Origin: Zygnema circumcarinatum SAG 698-1b
Taxonomy: Eukaryota > Plantae > Zygnematophyceae
NCBI GenBank assembly: GCA_037447605.1
Contig: CM074805.1
Span: 5,101,044 to 5,165,043 of the forward strand
Length of the DNA stretch: 64,000 bases
Direction: 5' to 3'
Below are positions 47,048 through 61,755 of this stretch, piece after piece (within the stretch, counting starts at the first letter, position 1; every line of letters starts with the position of its first letter). Both the position numbers and the translations under genes were made by a program. Under the pieces are notes generated by a model. It had not been told where the DNA came from, did not search any database, and was given only the letters and a program-made list of their open reading frames with translations.

Positions 47048-50000
47048 TGTTAGTGTACATAGTTAGTTCAGATTAGCATGTTTGTGTTGGCGCTTAGTTC
47101 CTAGGGGTGTGCTTCTAGGTGTGACATGTATGGGGACGGACTTACTTCCGTCTTGTGCCGGCGGCTTGAACCGACCGCTTTTAACCATTACTGAATAGTA
47201 TGGACCGTACGGACCATTACCAGTACGGACGAAGTACGGACAATTACGGCCGAGATCCGACATTTGGTACCGCGCCGAGAATGGGTCCTGGAGTACCGGG
47301 ATGGGAATGGCTGGGCCGGGAAGAAGCGGCGGAGGTGATGGAGTGGCGAACTGCACTGCTTGTCTGAGGAGGATAGTCCTTTCCTTATGAAGGGCGGCGA
47401 GAGTGTTCAACCAGTAGAGTATAGCCATCCTGGGTTAGGCGGTGGTGTTGGTATGTTTGCCAGTGGGTGTACTTATGCGCCTTAGGAGCAGTAGTTGTTA
47501 TGTAACGGTGAAACCGCCTCTTACGGCTGGCAGCGGAATCGCACACGGCACTTTCGGCAAAGCGAGTTCAGATTGAGAGGATTGAGAGCCCGAGGAGTGG
47601 GGAGCAGCCGGGATGGGCGTGCAACCCGTATGCCCGATGCGTTGGTTGGGTGGCGGCTTCACTTGCGCCTGCACTTCCCGTTGAACCTCCTACCCGGCAT
47701 GGAGGATTGGAAGCGAGTACATCCAATGGCAGACTGCCACGTGTCCCTCACCGACTCAAATGGTGAGAGGTGGCCTGCTTATCACGAATGCTTTCACCCG
47801 CATTAAGCGTAGCAGCTTGTAGCCAATGGCAAACTGTCGTTACGATGGAGCCTACGCTGGCGGTGGCGGGCCAACCCGATCACGTCCGTGCCAGCGGGTA
47901 ACGTTATTATGCAGACGGCGGGAGAAGAATCAAGGGAATCGAGGCGCGGCCGAATCCCAATAGCGAACAGAAGTTAGTCACATTAGTGCCCGAAAGATTA
48001 GTCCGTGATCTCCTCTCGCGAGAGGAGGGACCTTCGCCATTGGCGATGGGGCCCATAGAAGTTATGTGGCGGCCGCGGGTGAACCAATTCTTATGGTTGA
48101 ACCTAGGACCTCGTGGAGTCTATAGGGTGTCCAGATGCCACTAACCGTTAGGTACTGCATTGGATGGAAACATAAAGCCACGCCGGGCTCTAAGTAACCC
48201 TTCCCCCTTGGGGTGACTGTAGCGTTTCGCTCCATTACTCCCCCCCTGTGAGAATGTGAACGCCCTCGTTCACGTGTGTGAGTAGTAAAGTATTTCGTAG
48301 TTTCAACGGCGGTCGAAGACTCTACGTGATAGCAGGGAGGCTTTCGTGATAATCGGTCAAGTCCTTTTCGAGGTGCGGGGCGACCGGGAACCCCAGAGCG
48401 CCCTGCTTCCGCTCTCTAGCGACTGCGCCTCCCGATTCAAGTTGATGAGCTCCACGGCAGTGTGGATTTAAGTTGCCCTACCATTTCCCCATGTGCTATG
48501 TTCAACCCCACTTAGCCCAACCATTTCACGAGGTATTCGTGACGGGAAGATCGACCCTTTCTCACAAGACGGTGGGCTTGAATGGTTTCAACTTCATACT
48601 CAAGTTCACCCTCAAGCTCCACTGGTGGGGGAGGTGGCTGGATCCTCCCATCGCTACGGTAGACTTTTAGCAAGCCCACATGAAAGACCGGATGCACCTT
48701 CACGTGGGATGGTAAATCCAACCTGTAAGCGACATCATTGATTAAACTGCGACCTTAAAGGTCCTATATGAAGCGGAACCCGCGGCCTTACGTGTTCGCC
48801 ATAGCTTTTGAGTCTCAAGTTCTTGGTACTTACTTGACACCTCGCCGCCCCGTTGAAGGTGAGTTGGAGGCTCTGATGGCGGTCAGCATAGGCCTTTTGT
48901 CGCGACTGGGCCGCTAGCAGGGTTACTGCCGTGCCCTCTGCAGCGCCTCAGACATTAGTCGGACAAAAGATCTGACTGCGGGAGGTTGAGTCCCATCAGT
49001 CCCTCTCAGCTTCCAAGGATCGGGGTTTCTGTGGACGCCCATGTTCCACGGATCAGGGGGCTGATCCCTTGGTTGCAGGGGATTTAGAGGATGCTGGCCA
49101 AAGTTCAAGAAGAAAGGGGTGGTACCAATGGACTCCTGGTAAGCATTATTGATGGCATACTCAGCCAGCGGGGCGATTCGTCCCACCCATCGGTGGAGTC
49201 CCACATAATGCCGGGGTAATCCTCCGGGATCTGTTCACCGTTCGTCGGCCCATGGGTTTTGCTTGGCGGGTGAAAAGGCGTACTCAGCGCACCTTGGTCC
49301 CAACGATTTTGACACTTAGTCGAAATGGCCCGGTGAATCGTGAATCCACGGTCGGAACTTACAATTTCGTGAAGACCATCTTTGGCTCACACTTTTAATC
49401 AGCTTATACAACGATGCGCGATCTCGTGGTAGTGATCTTAGTAGTTGGTGCAAAACACCATCTTCGCTGAAACTTATCGACAAAAGAGCGAGGATGGAGT
49501 CATGCCGGTGTCACGGGAAGATGCGTGATCAAGTCCATACCCACTATCCCATTTCAAAGGTGTGAGGGTTGCGGTAGCCGGGGAATCCTGCCAGTCGCGG
49601 GGTTTATTCGTTGACAAGTTGGACAAGCGAGTACATACGCTTTTACATCCCTCGTGAGTCCAGGCCACCAGAACTCACGGAGCAGTGCCTCACGGGTTCT
49701 AGCAACTCCCATGTGACCCCTGTACGGAGGATCATGTAGCTCACGGAATGACTGGCGTCACAGTCCGGCCCAGGCACGGTATTTGCGTGGCCGTGGTGCG
49801 AGATCCGTCGCCCCAAGACGCCGCTTTTGTCGCCCATAGCCATTACAGCCATCGGGGAACAAAGGATCACGGTATACCCTCACGGATCATGCATGCGAGA
49901 TCGAGAGGCGAGGAGGGTTAATACGTCTTGGGAGTGGAGGGATCACACTTGACAAGCATCTTGGAATGAGGGTGGGGGTTGGTAGGCCCCTCACCTCTGT

Positions 50001-53000
50001 CATCTCGTTCCACCAACACCCGAGTCGACGAGTGCACCATCCAGGCAAGATGCCGGGGCTGCCTGCTCAGTGGGTCGGCTACATTCAGCCTTCCGGGCCG
50101 ATAGACCCACTGGCAGTCAAACCTTTGGAGGAACTCAGACCAGCGTGCCTGCCGCCTAGACAAGGTCTGTTGGGTAGAGAGAAACGTCAGCGGGCGGTGG
50201 TCAGTGACCAGCGTGACCGCTTTCGCCCCCTCTAAATAGCACCGCCATGTCACCGAGAGCGTGGACCACTTTACTGGCGGTTCACATTAAGATTCGCGAG
50301 AATAGTTGCCTTTCGGCCGGGATTCCATTTCGCGACTTTCATACGCCAAAAGGTTGGCCACCTTGAAAGCAGACGGCACCCAAAGCGAATCACGGCATCA
50401 CAAACCACTTCGCAAAGGCTTGGGCGGGTCCGTAGCAGAGTGGAGTCGCGAAGTATTGGCGCTGGAGTGCATAGCGCACACCGCCGAATGCATCGGCATT
50501 GAGGGGGTCCATGTAAAGGGACTTGGAGCGTGTCAGAGTAGTCAAGGGTAACCAACTTACTAAACCCTTGGATGAACTTACGAAAATAATTCGCAAAGCC
50601 CTGAAAGGACCTCAACTAATGCAAGTCAGTCGGTGGCGCCCAAGTTTCTACTGCTGAAACTTTGGCAGGATCAGGCCGAAGGCCTTGATCATTCAAGATA
50701 TGCCCAAGATAGAGCAACTCACGTTGCATGAAGTGACACATCTTCCTCTTGGCATAAAACTGGTGTTTCCCTCGAGGGTCTCTCGAAACGCTTCCGGCAT
50801 TGTTAGTGTGCCCTCCCTCAGATGCTACTTGAGAGCAGGGATATGCATCGAGTAAACCAAAAACAAACTTTCATCATTACTTATGAGCGTCTCGTTAAGT
50901 AGCGGCCTGGAAAGTCATGGGGCATCGATCGATCAAGGGCAACACCTTATTGGAAAATGACGACCAATCGGTCAGAACTGGCAGTTTTTGGCACATCGGC
51001 TTACGGTGACGCGGATCTGATGATACCCGAAACAGATCAAGTGATGTAAACACTTTGGCGAAATGAAGGCGATCTATGAGATCATCAATGCGTGGTAAAA
51101 CAAGCGGTTCTTTCACGGTGATCTTGTTGAGTCTTGGCGATAATCAATGCACATCCTCAGCGAGCCATCTTTTCTTCAACAAACAAGATGGGCGCGAAAG
51201 GGGCTTTGGTAGGTTCTATCCAGCCCTTGTCGCGTAAGTTATGGCCCCGCTTTTCGCATCTCGCCGGTTTCTTTAGGGCTTAACCCGATAGATCGTACTT
51301 GGCTGACTTTGCTTTCGAGCTTCGAAGAGGTTGTGTGCCCCACTCCTCTAGATGGTGGCAACCCTCTTGGAAAATTAAATCGAGGAAAAGCGTCCACGAA
51401 GGCTGCGTCCAACGGTTGGATTTTTAGATTGGAACAGCCCGAGCACATAAAATTAGATGTGATACGCCATTCGTCTTCAAATGCGTGAACATCCTCGATT
51501 GGCTGCCACTTGACATGCACCATGAACAAGGTGCAACCTTCCATGCGCTAAACTTTGGCGATTCATGGTGGCGGGGAGATAAGGGTGGCGGTACGCTTGA
51601 TAGCTTAGCGGTTGTGGCTCTGCTGAGTCTGAAGTGGCCACTTGTCACCAGCGTGGGGAAATGCAATATGGGGCAGAAAAAGTCCATTTGTGCACTTGAC
51701 CATGGTTAACAACCTCCCCAAAATAACATAAATTACCGAGGCAGTTGTGTTAGAAGGCCGCTGCGCTACTTGGGGAATAAATTGAACTTGATCTTGGAGT
51801 GTGGCGCTACCCGAGGAGATGCGGCCCCGCTGCGTCCATCCCGAAAGTAACAACTTTCCGAATGAGGGAATCACGTGGTCAGCTTAAGCCCATTTGGGTG
51901 AGCGAGAACAACAAGTGCTTTTATCTGCCTTGATATCTAGCCATTAGAAGCTGGCGGGTGACCATTAGTACGATCCGATGAAGATGCGTAGCACGATGGG
52001 CAGGTGGAACAGATAAGCGCATATGCGAGAAGGTTGAGGGCGAGTGGTCCTCCCACACACCAATGTAGGGTGAGCCAACCCGGCAAGCTGGTGGATCCTT
52101 CCATCTCTTGCACCGACGTGCCTTTCACCAGCGTTTAGCTGACGCTTGAGTGGCGTTGGGGAAAGGTGCAACTGCCATGTGGCGATGAACCCGGCACATG
52201 CGGCCAGAACATGGGAGGTGTTTCCATGACTTTGTCTAAAAGCATCCATGGCACATTGCATGAGAACATCATTGCCCATGACATTGAGGATAAAGACATG
52301 CCAATCACCATTCATCACGACATCCATAAACCCAGAAGGAGTCACTACAGTGGCAGGGGAGAGGGGAATGGGAAGCTTGAGTGCATCAAACACAAAAGTC
52401 ATTACATTCCAAAAGTCTCTTACTTCCAACAAGTTAAGAATGTCGAGGTTAAAGCGATATCTAGTCTGGCGGTTTCCATCCTTCCCTAACTGCGTGTCCC
52501 TGCTTGACGACCTGGCTGCTGGTGGGTTGGGGTTTAGGCCCACCCCTTCCATCCTTGGTGTTGAAGGCAATCACGGGCCTTGTGCCTCCTTGAGCAGGAA
52601 ACACTATTCTCAGCGCATCGCTGCTCCATTTCCTGCGGAGTCAACCTGTGGAGGTGGGTGGGCGGGCAGCCACTTGCGGTACGCTGGCGGCATTCTTTCA
52701 CGCGGTTGGCGAGGGAGAGTCCCCGCCTTCCCGCGACCTGTCCGCGTCGCCCGACCTGGTCGGAAGGCTACATCACGGTTCTTGGCGGTAATGCCATGAA
52801 TACGCATCAAAATGCGGCCGAGTCGGCGAGGTCCCGCAGTTTGAGTAAGGTAGGTTAGTTCTTAAGCTACTTCCTGAGGGTAACTTCAAGCCAACCATTC
52901 CTAAAGTGGAAAAACTCAGCATCGAGGAGCTTGTAGGTGTGGTGATTTGAGGCACCGCATGCGCTGGCGAGTCTCCTTGAAAGCGCTTGGCCGCTGCCGG

Positions 53001-56000
53001 TTGGACCATGTTACGAAAACTTTTATCCCGGGCCTCCCGGATCCAAGCCCAAAGTACGATGCAGTTCTCTCTGAACTTAGCCCAATCGTCCCCAATCTCA
53101 TCGAGAGGCCCTCATACGCGGTATCGGCTCTCTGTGAGTCTTTGGAAATAGCAAAGCTTTACCGGAAGAAGGGCGGTTAAGTCATAAAGTAACCGCTGAT
53201 TTGACCCAACCACTACTCATGTAATCGGCGGTCGGTGGTAGAGATGTTAAGCCCCGAAAGGAAAGAGGGCCACCTTGGCCCCGTTAAAGTGAGCATACAA
53301 ATGCTAAATTCTGAGGGGCTTGTGATCCAGAGGGGCCCGGGATCTCCCTCCGCCCCAGCTGAAGCTGCCCCGGCAGGGTCCCCACTGCTGAGGTGGTTGT
53401 CACCAGTGAGGTGACTTCCCAAATGGAAAAACGGTGGGACTTCTAGCGTTTTGCTTAAATGACCGGTTGAGCGTCAGGCGAACGGCCTCCCAGAATTAGT
53501 TACCCCAGCCCCTTCAGGGACTGCTGCATCTACTACCTCTGACTGAGGTTGGGGACATACCTTCACCGATTCTCGGGCACATCCAGAAAGGCCGGGAACT
53601 CCATTGGGCGTGTCCACGAGGCAGTGGGGCCCAGTAGCCGACTCCCATAATGATCCCACCTTCTATGGCGACTCAGCGTATTCCGTTGCGCTCCCTCAGC
53701 CTCCCCGAAATTATAATCTGTTCCTCTATCTTGGGGCGCCCTGATGTGGGCCCGTCATGGGGTAGAGGCCACGATTGAGCCTACTGGAGCCACGGGCTCG
53801 GTTGGGCATTAGAAGAGAAGCGGTGGTCTCGAAGATGACCTTGATCACCCGTGGGCTGGACTCGGCCCCTCCATGGAATACGAGGAGGGAGCGTAGTCTC
53901 AGAGTTCTCTCCCTCCATCTCCCTGCGTCGGGGAAGCGGGGAGGTCCCAAGGCCCGGGTCCCTCGGCGGCCATTTGGTACCATGACCCACTGGTTCTCCC
54001 TAAGGGGAGGCCGCAACTTTGGCTCACGATACCAATGCTTGAGGCACGGCCGCCTCTTCAGCTGCTTGGCAATCACACACGACTCAATAAGCAGGAGTTC
54101 AGATTGAGAGGATTGAGGAGAGAGAGGCTTGAGTGGGGAGCGGCGGGATGGGCGATGCGGCCATTATCTTGCGATGCGTTGGTTGGGTGAGCGCGACGTC
54201 TACCCATACGCTTCCGTTGAACCTCTACCAGCATGGAAGGTTGAAGCGAGCTGTCCAATATGTGAACTGCCGTGTCCCTCTCGACTCAAATGGGTGAAGG
54301 TGGCCACAACATCTGCAATGCTACTTTCCCGCATTCCGCTTGGCCTTAACGGCCTTGGCCTTGTCACGTCAGGTGCCACTTGATTAGAGCCTACAGCGGC
54401 GGCAGCGGTGGGGCCAGCGATCATCCCATTACCAGCGGGTAAGCAGGTATTGTCGCGAATGAAACGGGCGTAAAGAATCCAAAAAGGGGATCGGGCAGCG
54501 GCGAAGATCGATATCAGCGAGGAACAGTTGGTCAGGTAGTGCGGGTGTCCGTGATCCTCCTGCACGCTGGGGAGGGACCTTAACTTGTGGCGGTGGGGCC
54601 CGCATGGGGTATAATGGCGGCCCCGCGGGTGAACTTGATTCTTATATGGTTCGAGCCTACAGGACCTCAGGTAGTCACATGGGGTATCCGATGCCCTACT
54701 TGGTTAGATGCTTGCATTGTGGATGAAACATAAAAGCCACGCGAACTCACAAAAGTAACCCTTCCCGCAGGGTGGCTACATGCGTACCAGCTACAATTTG
54801 GAATTCATTTAGACAGATTCAATTCGCGTACATGGTCGGCACGATGGCCGTGACATGTCACGTCACAACCCCATACTATATAATTGAAGTGGGTGTGTAA
54901 GTTAGAAACAGCTTCTTGATATGCATTGCAAAGAGCTGCATGGCAGTTTGAGGCATAGCTTTGTGGGAGGTGGACCTTTGTGAGTCTGGGTGTGTGAGAG
55001 AAACACTCCACGTGAAGATGAAGTGATCATGGTGAAAGCTTGACTAGGCATGGGGGCTTGAGGTTGGAAAGCTTGTCATCATAAAGGATTTTAAGGCCAC
55101 AAGAATCTACGTTTTCTATTCGCCTCACAAGTGTATTTGTGTATGCCGCGTGAGTGAAAAATAGTGAGAGTCTTTATGAGGCACCGGGAGGATTTCCATG
55201 GGCGGTGAAGAGGGAAAAGGGTGGAGGTGAATTTGCTTCTCATCCCTACGCCCCTCTCACAAGAGTAGTATCCGAGCTCATGGTGAAGAGGAAGGGCTGA
55301 GTGTGAAGTTTAATGTCCACATTTGATGGAACTGACTACAAGGATGGAGGTGGCGGTGACTCCCATACTTGAAAGGAAGGGACTTCTTGGTCATGTGACT
55401 GGGAAAGGTGAAGGCGCCGCCCGGTACATCCGTGGAGGAGCTTGCAAGAGTGGAAGGCAGTGACAACCAGGCCATCACTCAGGATTGCAATGAGTGTGAA
55501 GGGAGGACGCCGCATGCTCTCACGACCTCGGCCGCGTCACCACGAGATGTGGAAGTGTTTGGAGGACATATGCGATCACGAAGGACAGCGTCCATTGGTG
55601 CACCACCTTTTTTACTGCGAACCGGGAAGATGAAGATGAGCTTGGATGAGAAGGCGGCGTGACTACATGGGGCGCACGGCGGTCGTACAGCGCTTCGTGG
55701 TGATGGGCAAAAGTGCTTGAGTGGATCCGCCAGATGCGGCAGTTCTTGGTTGTGGTTTGCCCGAGTCGCTTTGGCAGCACATGCAGCGCCCTTGAGCAGT
55801 TCTTACCACTTCTTCTTTGACCTTTGAGCAGAGGTAAAGCGGATTCTTCATCGAAAGAAGGACGCTCTTCGCGGCCGCATCCGTCTGCGAAGTGAGAGCG
55901 TGTTGGCTGATGAAGGAAGAAACCTTTAAGGAAGAGAGCAAGGCAGGAGGAGGTGGCGGAGATCGTCCAAGGGGACATCGCGTCACTGGTGACCAGGTCA

Positions 56001-59000
56001 CTACTCCAGCGAGTCGCGGATTTCGGCAGGCGGCCCAAAATTGTGAAGGGAGAGACGCCAAAACGAAGTCGAGCAGAAGAGTTCCGCAGGCGCTTGCCTT
56101 CAGAGTGCAAGAAGAAGAAGTCACAGAAGCATTGATTCGCGAAGTGCACTCGCATTACAAACTTGATGTTTCTTTGAGAAGAGGCATGTGGAGTTCAATG
56201 GGGAAGAATATGCTTGAAGGACCCGGAAAGCCGTAGCTCGATATTGATTTAAGGGCGTCGGCGCGCACATGTGTCTTGACTGGCGGGGGTTGTTACACGA
56301 GATGAGATAAGCTCCGGGCCTACGTTCAGTTCAGTGGCGGCTGGTGAGGAAGTGAAGGTGACCAGCGGAGGCGACGTGAGGATCGTCTTAGGAGGAGAGA
56401 GTGAAGGGGCAGCTACCATGATTGGTAACGTGCTTTATACCCCTGGGTTGCGAAGGTGTCTGATAGGACAAGTGTCTGACGAGGTTACTCGATCCACTGA
56501 TAGCGAAATTAGCGTGGCTAGACATAAGCGGGAATGTCTTATTTGAGAGCCGCCGGAGAACTTTATGCGTCTTCTGATGGAAATGCGCCCGAAAAGAAGG
56601 AAGTCGATTTTGCTTATGACCAAGATAGTCTTGAGAAGTAAGCGCAGGAGGCTTGGGCATGTGAGAGTTTTAGAGCCATCACTTGAGTGCACTCGAAGAG
56701 GTTAGTCAGAGGCTTGGACTTGGAAGTCTTGATTGATCCCATATGAGAGGATTTACGAGAGCTACATTAAAGAAGGGAAGATCCATCATTGGGCCACATT
56801 AAAGTGCGAGGATGGAGAGGAGGCTGGCGCCAGGCTTGATTGGCGCTTGGCACTTTGAACTTGTGTGGCCCCATCACCCGACGAGCTTGGGAGGGAGGTC
56901 GTGTCACTTTCATGGTGGCCCTGCGAGATTTGGGTGGGGTGCTCTTGACCTTTTGAAGTCGGCGCTTATCCAGCCTTGAGCTTGGAAGATCGCGGTGCAG
57001 GCGGGAGAAGCGACCCATCTGCTCAAGAACCTCGTTGAGACAATAATGGAGAAATTAAAACAAGGTGTTGATGTAAAGTGGCAGAGCTTGGGAATCAGCG
57101 GGGAGTTCTCTCTGCTCCATACTCACCTTGAAGTATCGACTACTTGAAGAGTGAACAGGACTCTTGGAACATAGCAAGAGCGATGTTACTTGATACCATT
57201 TCTTTTGTGACATTTTGGGAGAAAGCGGTATTGGCTACGCCACTTATGTGAGGAAACAGGTGTCGATCATGGGTCTTGGAGGGTCAGTGCCTGATGAAGG
57301 TGTGGAGTGGGGCGAAGCCCAGCGTAGGACACTTAAGCATTTGGATCAAAAGTGCTGGTATCGCGTCTCTACAGAAAGGTCAGTGTGGAGGATTTTTCCC
57401 AAAGGGGCAAGGAGGGCTTCTTTTCTTGGATACGCCTTGTTGATTGCGAGGGCTTCACGAGGGGGTGTATAGCCTTGAGACCAAGAGGTAGAGATCAGCA
57501 AGGGGGCGTGAGGTGGATGAGATCACCGCACGTCCCCTTTACCCGCACTCATGGAGCGTGCTGATGGTGCGTGTCCCTCAGATTCACCCTATGAGGAAGG
57601 TGCAAAGTGATTCTGAGTCACCGGGCCGGAGAAGGTGCGGTGGCCACTCAAGCTGAGGCGGAGGAGAAATGCCACGCCCATTCCATTCACTGACGGCCTG
57701 TGGAAGTCGAGTGATGATGAGACAAACCACGACCTTGTTTCCCTTGGGTTCTCCACATTGGGGAGACATGCGGGAGTCAGAATGCGGGACGCGAAGGAGG
57801 CATCAGCTACCGAAGTCTCGGAGGAGACGCCTCGGTTCACGAGGAGGCAGCCAGCATGCGCGCCAAGTTGGTGGCGAACCCGCGTCGCGGTGGCGAATGA
57901 AGAGTTCTTTGGAGGAGATGGCTGATGAGCGGAAGGGAGGAAGTGTCGACTCGATGCAGTGGCCAAGACGCTTTGAAGAGCATCCTACGTAATGGAAGAC
58001 AAGTGCTGGGAGACGAGGCGGCCTCCAAATCACGTTTCAGTCGAGGTATGCACTACGGCGCATCTCTGCGGAAAGCACGAAAAGAATGCCGGGATCATTA
58101 CTGCATCATTCGGTGACATGGACGATTTGCCTTGTTACATGGCCCATACTATTGAGCCTCAGACTTACGGGGAAGCTGTTGAGGGGCCAGATCAGATCAA
58201 GTGGCAGGAGGCCATTGATAGTGAGTGGAACAGTCTGATTGAGAATCAGACTTGGCGCTTGGAGAAGCTCCCACCTGGGAGGCGTGCCATCGGCTGCAAA
58301 TGGGTCTTCAAGGTTAAGAGGAAGGCGGACGGCAGCATTGATAGGTACAAGGCGCGACTCGTGGCCAAGGGCTACAGTCAGAAGGAAGGAGTTGACTACA
58401 CAGAGACCTTCGCTCCTGTGGTGAAGTTCAACTCCTCAGCTCCCTCTGTTATTCGCGACCCTTGAGGGGATGCATGTCACCAGTTGGACATCAGGCACTT
58501 TCGCCATGGGAATCTTGATGAAGAGATATACATGGGCGGCCGAGGGAAACTGAAGGAAAGGAGAACTTATTAATGCAGACTCATTGAAAAGAGGTTTGTA
58601 TGTAGAGTGGCTTGAGCCCTCGGCGTGTGGTATGAGAAGATCATTGAACTCTCTTCACGGGGGCTATGGGTTTGATCACGTTTGAGACTGATACTTGTGT
58701 GTACTCGGTTAGTAGAAGATGATGATAAGTTGTTTGTTGGGGTACATGTGGATGACACGATCTTGATCAACAAGTCCTCTTAGCGGCATTACTTGAGTTG
58801 AAGAACTCTTGCGGGGAGAATTTCCAGATGGCCGACCTTGGAGAGGCCCAATATCTCTTAGGGATCCAGGCGAAGAGGGGCGGATGGTTCGGTATTCCTT
58901 TGTCGAAAGTGATATCTGAAGATGTGTTCGCGAGGAAGTTCAACATGTAAGTCTTGAGCCATGCACACAAGTCCCATAAGAGAGCTGGAGGATTGCAGCT

Positions 59001-60643
59001 TCACGAAGAGATGTCCCGTCTCTGAGGAGGAGGGAGGCAAAAGGCAATGGCTGGAGTGCCCATATCGATGGGGAGCCTCATGTATTTGATGGCCGAGGCC
59101 TGACCTTCTTGGCCGTGAGCGCGACAGCGGTCATGGAGAACCCGGTGAGGGCATTGGGAAGAAGGAGTCAAGCGTATATTCGGTTTTAGAAGGGGCGTGG
59201 ATTATGGCCTCGGGTTTGGGGAGGGGGACTGCATGGTAGGTCACATGGCTATACAATTTGGGGAGAGTTTGGATTCATCCGACTCCACATCTGGATGCGT
59301 TTTCTTGAATGCAGGTGGGGCCATCACGTGGAACTCCACCTTGCAGTCTTCAGTGGCCCTCTCCAGCACTGAAGCAGAGTATATGGCAGCTTGCCATGCA
59401 GCCAGGGAGTGTGTATGGCTGCGGAACTTCTTTGGGAGTGTGGCGGCCTCAACTCCTTTACTCTTCACGCAGGACAATCAGTCCTCTATTGTCTCCTAAT
59501 AAGAATCGATTGTTCCTAGCCCGGAGGCAACATTAGGATCCAATACCATTCATTGAGGCGGGAGGTGAGAGAAGGACTTTGTTAGTATCAGTTCATTGGA
59601 ACGAGGGTAAGAAACGACCCGACATGCTGGCCGAAGGCAGTCAGTGGTGAGACCTTGAGATTAATTCGGATCTCTCATTGGGCTGGGGCCTCTCGGGGAA
59701 CTAAGGGTGCCAAAGAGGGGAATGTTAGTGTCACGTGGATTGGATTGAATTAGCATGTTTGTGTTGGCGCTTGGTCCCCGGGGAGGTGTGCTTCTAGGTA
59801 TGACATGTATAGGGACGGACTTACTTCAGGCGTCTCTTGGCGGCTTGAAGACAAACCGCGCAACCGTACAATATGGACCGTACAGACCGTACAGACAGTA
59901 TTACGAACCAGTACGACCAGGAGTCAACATTTGGTACCCTTGCCGAGGAATCGGTCCTGGAGTACGGAATCGAGGAATGACGCGGCGGCCCAGGCGGAGT
60001 CGGTGGAGTGGTGAGCTACTGCGTCGCGGAGGATAGTCCACTTATATGAAGGGCGGCGGGTGTTAAACCGGCGGTAGAAATTACATAGCCATCTGGGTGC
60101 GGCGGTATTTGAGAATGCGTTGCCAGGCTGGGTGTACTATGCATAACAAGACGAAGTAGTTTATTTAAGGTTGTTTGGTCTGGGTTGTTGCATGCATGAG
60201 TCAGGCGCGTGTGGCTGACATGATCGATCACAGCCCCATACTATATAATTGAGAGGTGGGTGTGTAAGTTAGAAACAGCAGCGATATGCATTGCAAGGAG
60301 CTGTATGGCAGTTTGAAGGCATGGCTTTGGCAGCGGGGAGGGTGGACCTTTGTGAGGGAGTCTAAGATTGTGTGGAGCTGCCTCTGCGTGAAGGTGAAGT
60401 GATCATGTGGGTGAAGCTTGACTAGGCTTATGGGGCTTGAGGTTGAGCTTGTCATCATAAAGGAGTTTTAGGCTGGGAGCTTTCTCCTACGTTTTTCTAT
60501 TCCGCCTCTCGTGTGTTGTGTATGCACGTGAGTGAAAAATGAGTGAGAGTGCTGCGGGCACCAGGAGGGAAGTTTCCATGGACAGTGAAGAGGGAGAAAG
60601 GGTGGAAGGTGAATTTGCTTCTCATCCCTCTGCCCCTCTCACA
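47048..60643 (+). mobile_element. Full-length Ty1/copia element (5' LTR 47048-47500 + 54796-55261; 3' LTR 59723-60643), 5-bp TSD TCCTT
   Basis: TCCTT at 47043-47047 and 60644-60648. The LTRs start TGTTAGTG and end CTCTCACA. Degenerate PBS ~55264-55277. RT: EPQTYGEA...AIGCKWVFKVKRKADGSIDRYKARLVAKGYSQKEGVDYTETFAPV. RNase H: VALSSTEAEYMA. PPT AAAGAGGGGAA before 59723. Many frameshifts. Confidence 0.92.
47501..54795 (-). mobile_element. Full-length gypsy copy 3, inserted in the 5' LTR of the copia element (LTRs ~54037-54795 and 47501-48234)
   Basis: The two LTR blocks align (47560-48210 with 54085-54770). Degenerate PBS 54022-54034; PPT ~48238-48247; chromodomain-like ELEYEVETIQAHR...EYLVKWLG (48512-48721); RNase H TDHRPL...RRQARWSEFL; RT PLPRIDDL-like. 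TSD not resolved. Confidence 0.88.
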
Positions 60644-61247
60644 TCCTTTTGGGTTTATGGATGTAGTGATGAATGGTGATTGGCATGTCTTTATCCTCAA
60701 TGTCATGGGCGATGATGTTCTCATGCAATGTGACATGGATGCTTTGCATGTCATGGGAAACACCTCCCATGTCCTTGGGCTGCATGTGCTGATTCCTCAG
60801 CACATGGCAGTTCGCACCTTTCCCAACGCCATTTGGCGGTTGGTCCAACCCAGTTGAGAAGGGGCACAAATTGAGTCTGCTTGACGATGGAAGGATCTGG
60901 TTCAGTTTGGGTCACCACCTTGGTGTGGAGGGGCGGCTCGTCCTCGAAAAGCCCTGCATATGCGGTCGCGTCATGTTCCCATCTCTTGCCCATGCGTGCC
61001 ATGACCTTCCTTAGAATTGACCAATAGCCACTTGACAGTTATCTTTGCTAGATGCACTGAGGGCAGATGCTAACTTTGTTAGTTCTGCATTCACCCAAAG
61101 ATTTGGGTTGACCACAGATCCCCATTCTGAAAGTGTTACTTTCGGGGATGGCCGCCGGGGCCAGATCTCTGGCATCGTCACACTCAAGATCAGGCTCCAA
61201 TCCTACTCCGGGGCAGTGAAGTGTCTTCTGACACAACTGGCCTCTGG

Positions 61248-61755
61248 TGTAACAAGCCTTGAGCACAACACCCAAAGCCTGCTAGAGACTAAGTCACTTA
61301 AACGTAATGCTGGTTTTAAGGCGATTGCAGTGCCCCTTCCCAAGACCCTCTTACTGCATTCATCACGCCCTCACGCTCCCCCCGTGAACCCCTTTACCAA
61401 GCGTAAGGGACCGGGAGGCGAGCCTAGCTCCAATAGCGCTGTACCACGCGCGTGGCCAATGCGGCTGGTCAATGCCAGTTGTATGAGAGGCGGTCACGGT
61501 CACCAGCGGCCCCTCCCAATACGTGACCGTGACGTCACTCCCGCGCGCGCGACCGGCGCGGTCGTGGTCGCGTTCCGATCTCGAACGCGACGCGCGACGC
61601 CGCAGAATCGCCGTCAGTCCGTACCGTCCGTATGGGTGGTACGGATCCGTACGGCTACACCGTACACCTGTACGTATGGTCCGTACGGCCGAACCGTACG
61701 GAGATCCTCAGGATGCCGGCGGCACCGTGGTGTCTGTAGCGTTCAGTTCGCTACA
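61248..61755 (-). mobile_element. 508-bp solo LTR (TGTAGC...GTTACA on minus) with 5-bp TSD TCTGG
   Basis: TCTGG at 61243-61247 and 61756-61760. The insert is absent from the homologous positions of gypsy copies 1 (~41305) and 3. Its termini resemble the gypsy LTR ends. Confidence 0.85.

Noticed and set aside
47048-60643. High 5'/3' LTR divergence as evidence of ancient insertion
   Set aside because: The differences are dominated by small indels throughout 40407-64000 and 1-3189, which looks like unpolished long-read error. Dating needs accurate reads.
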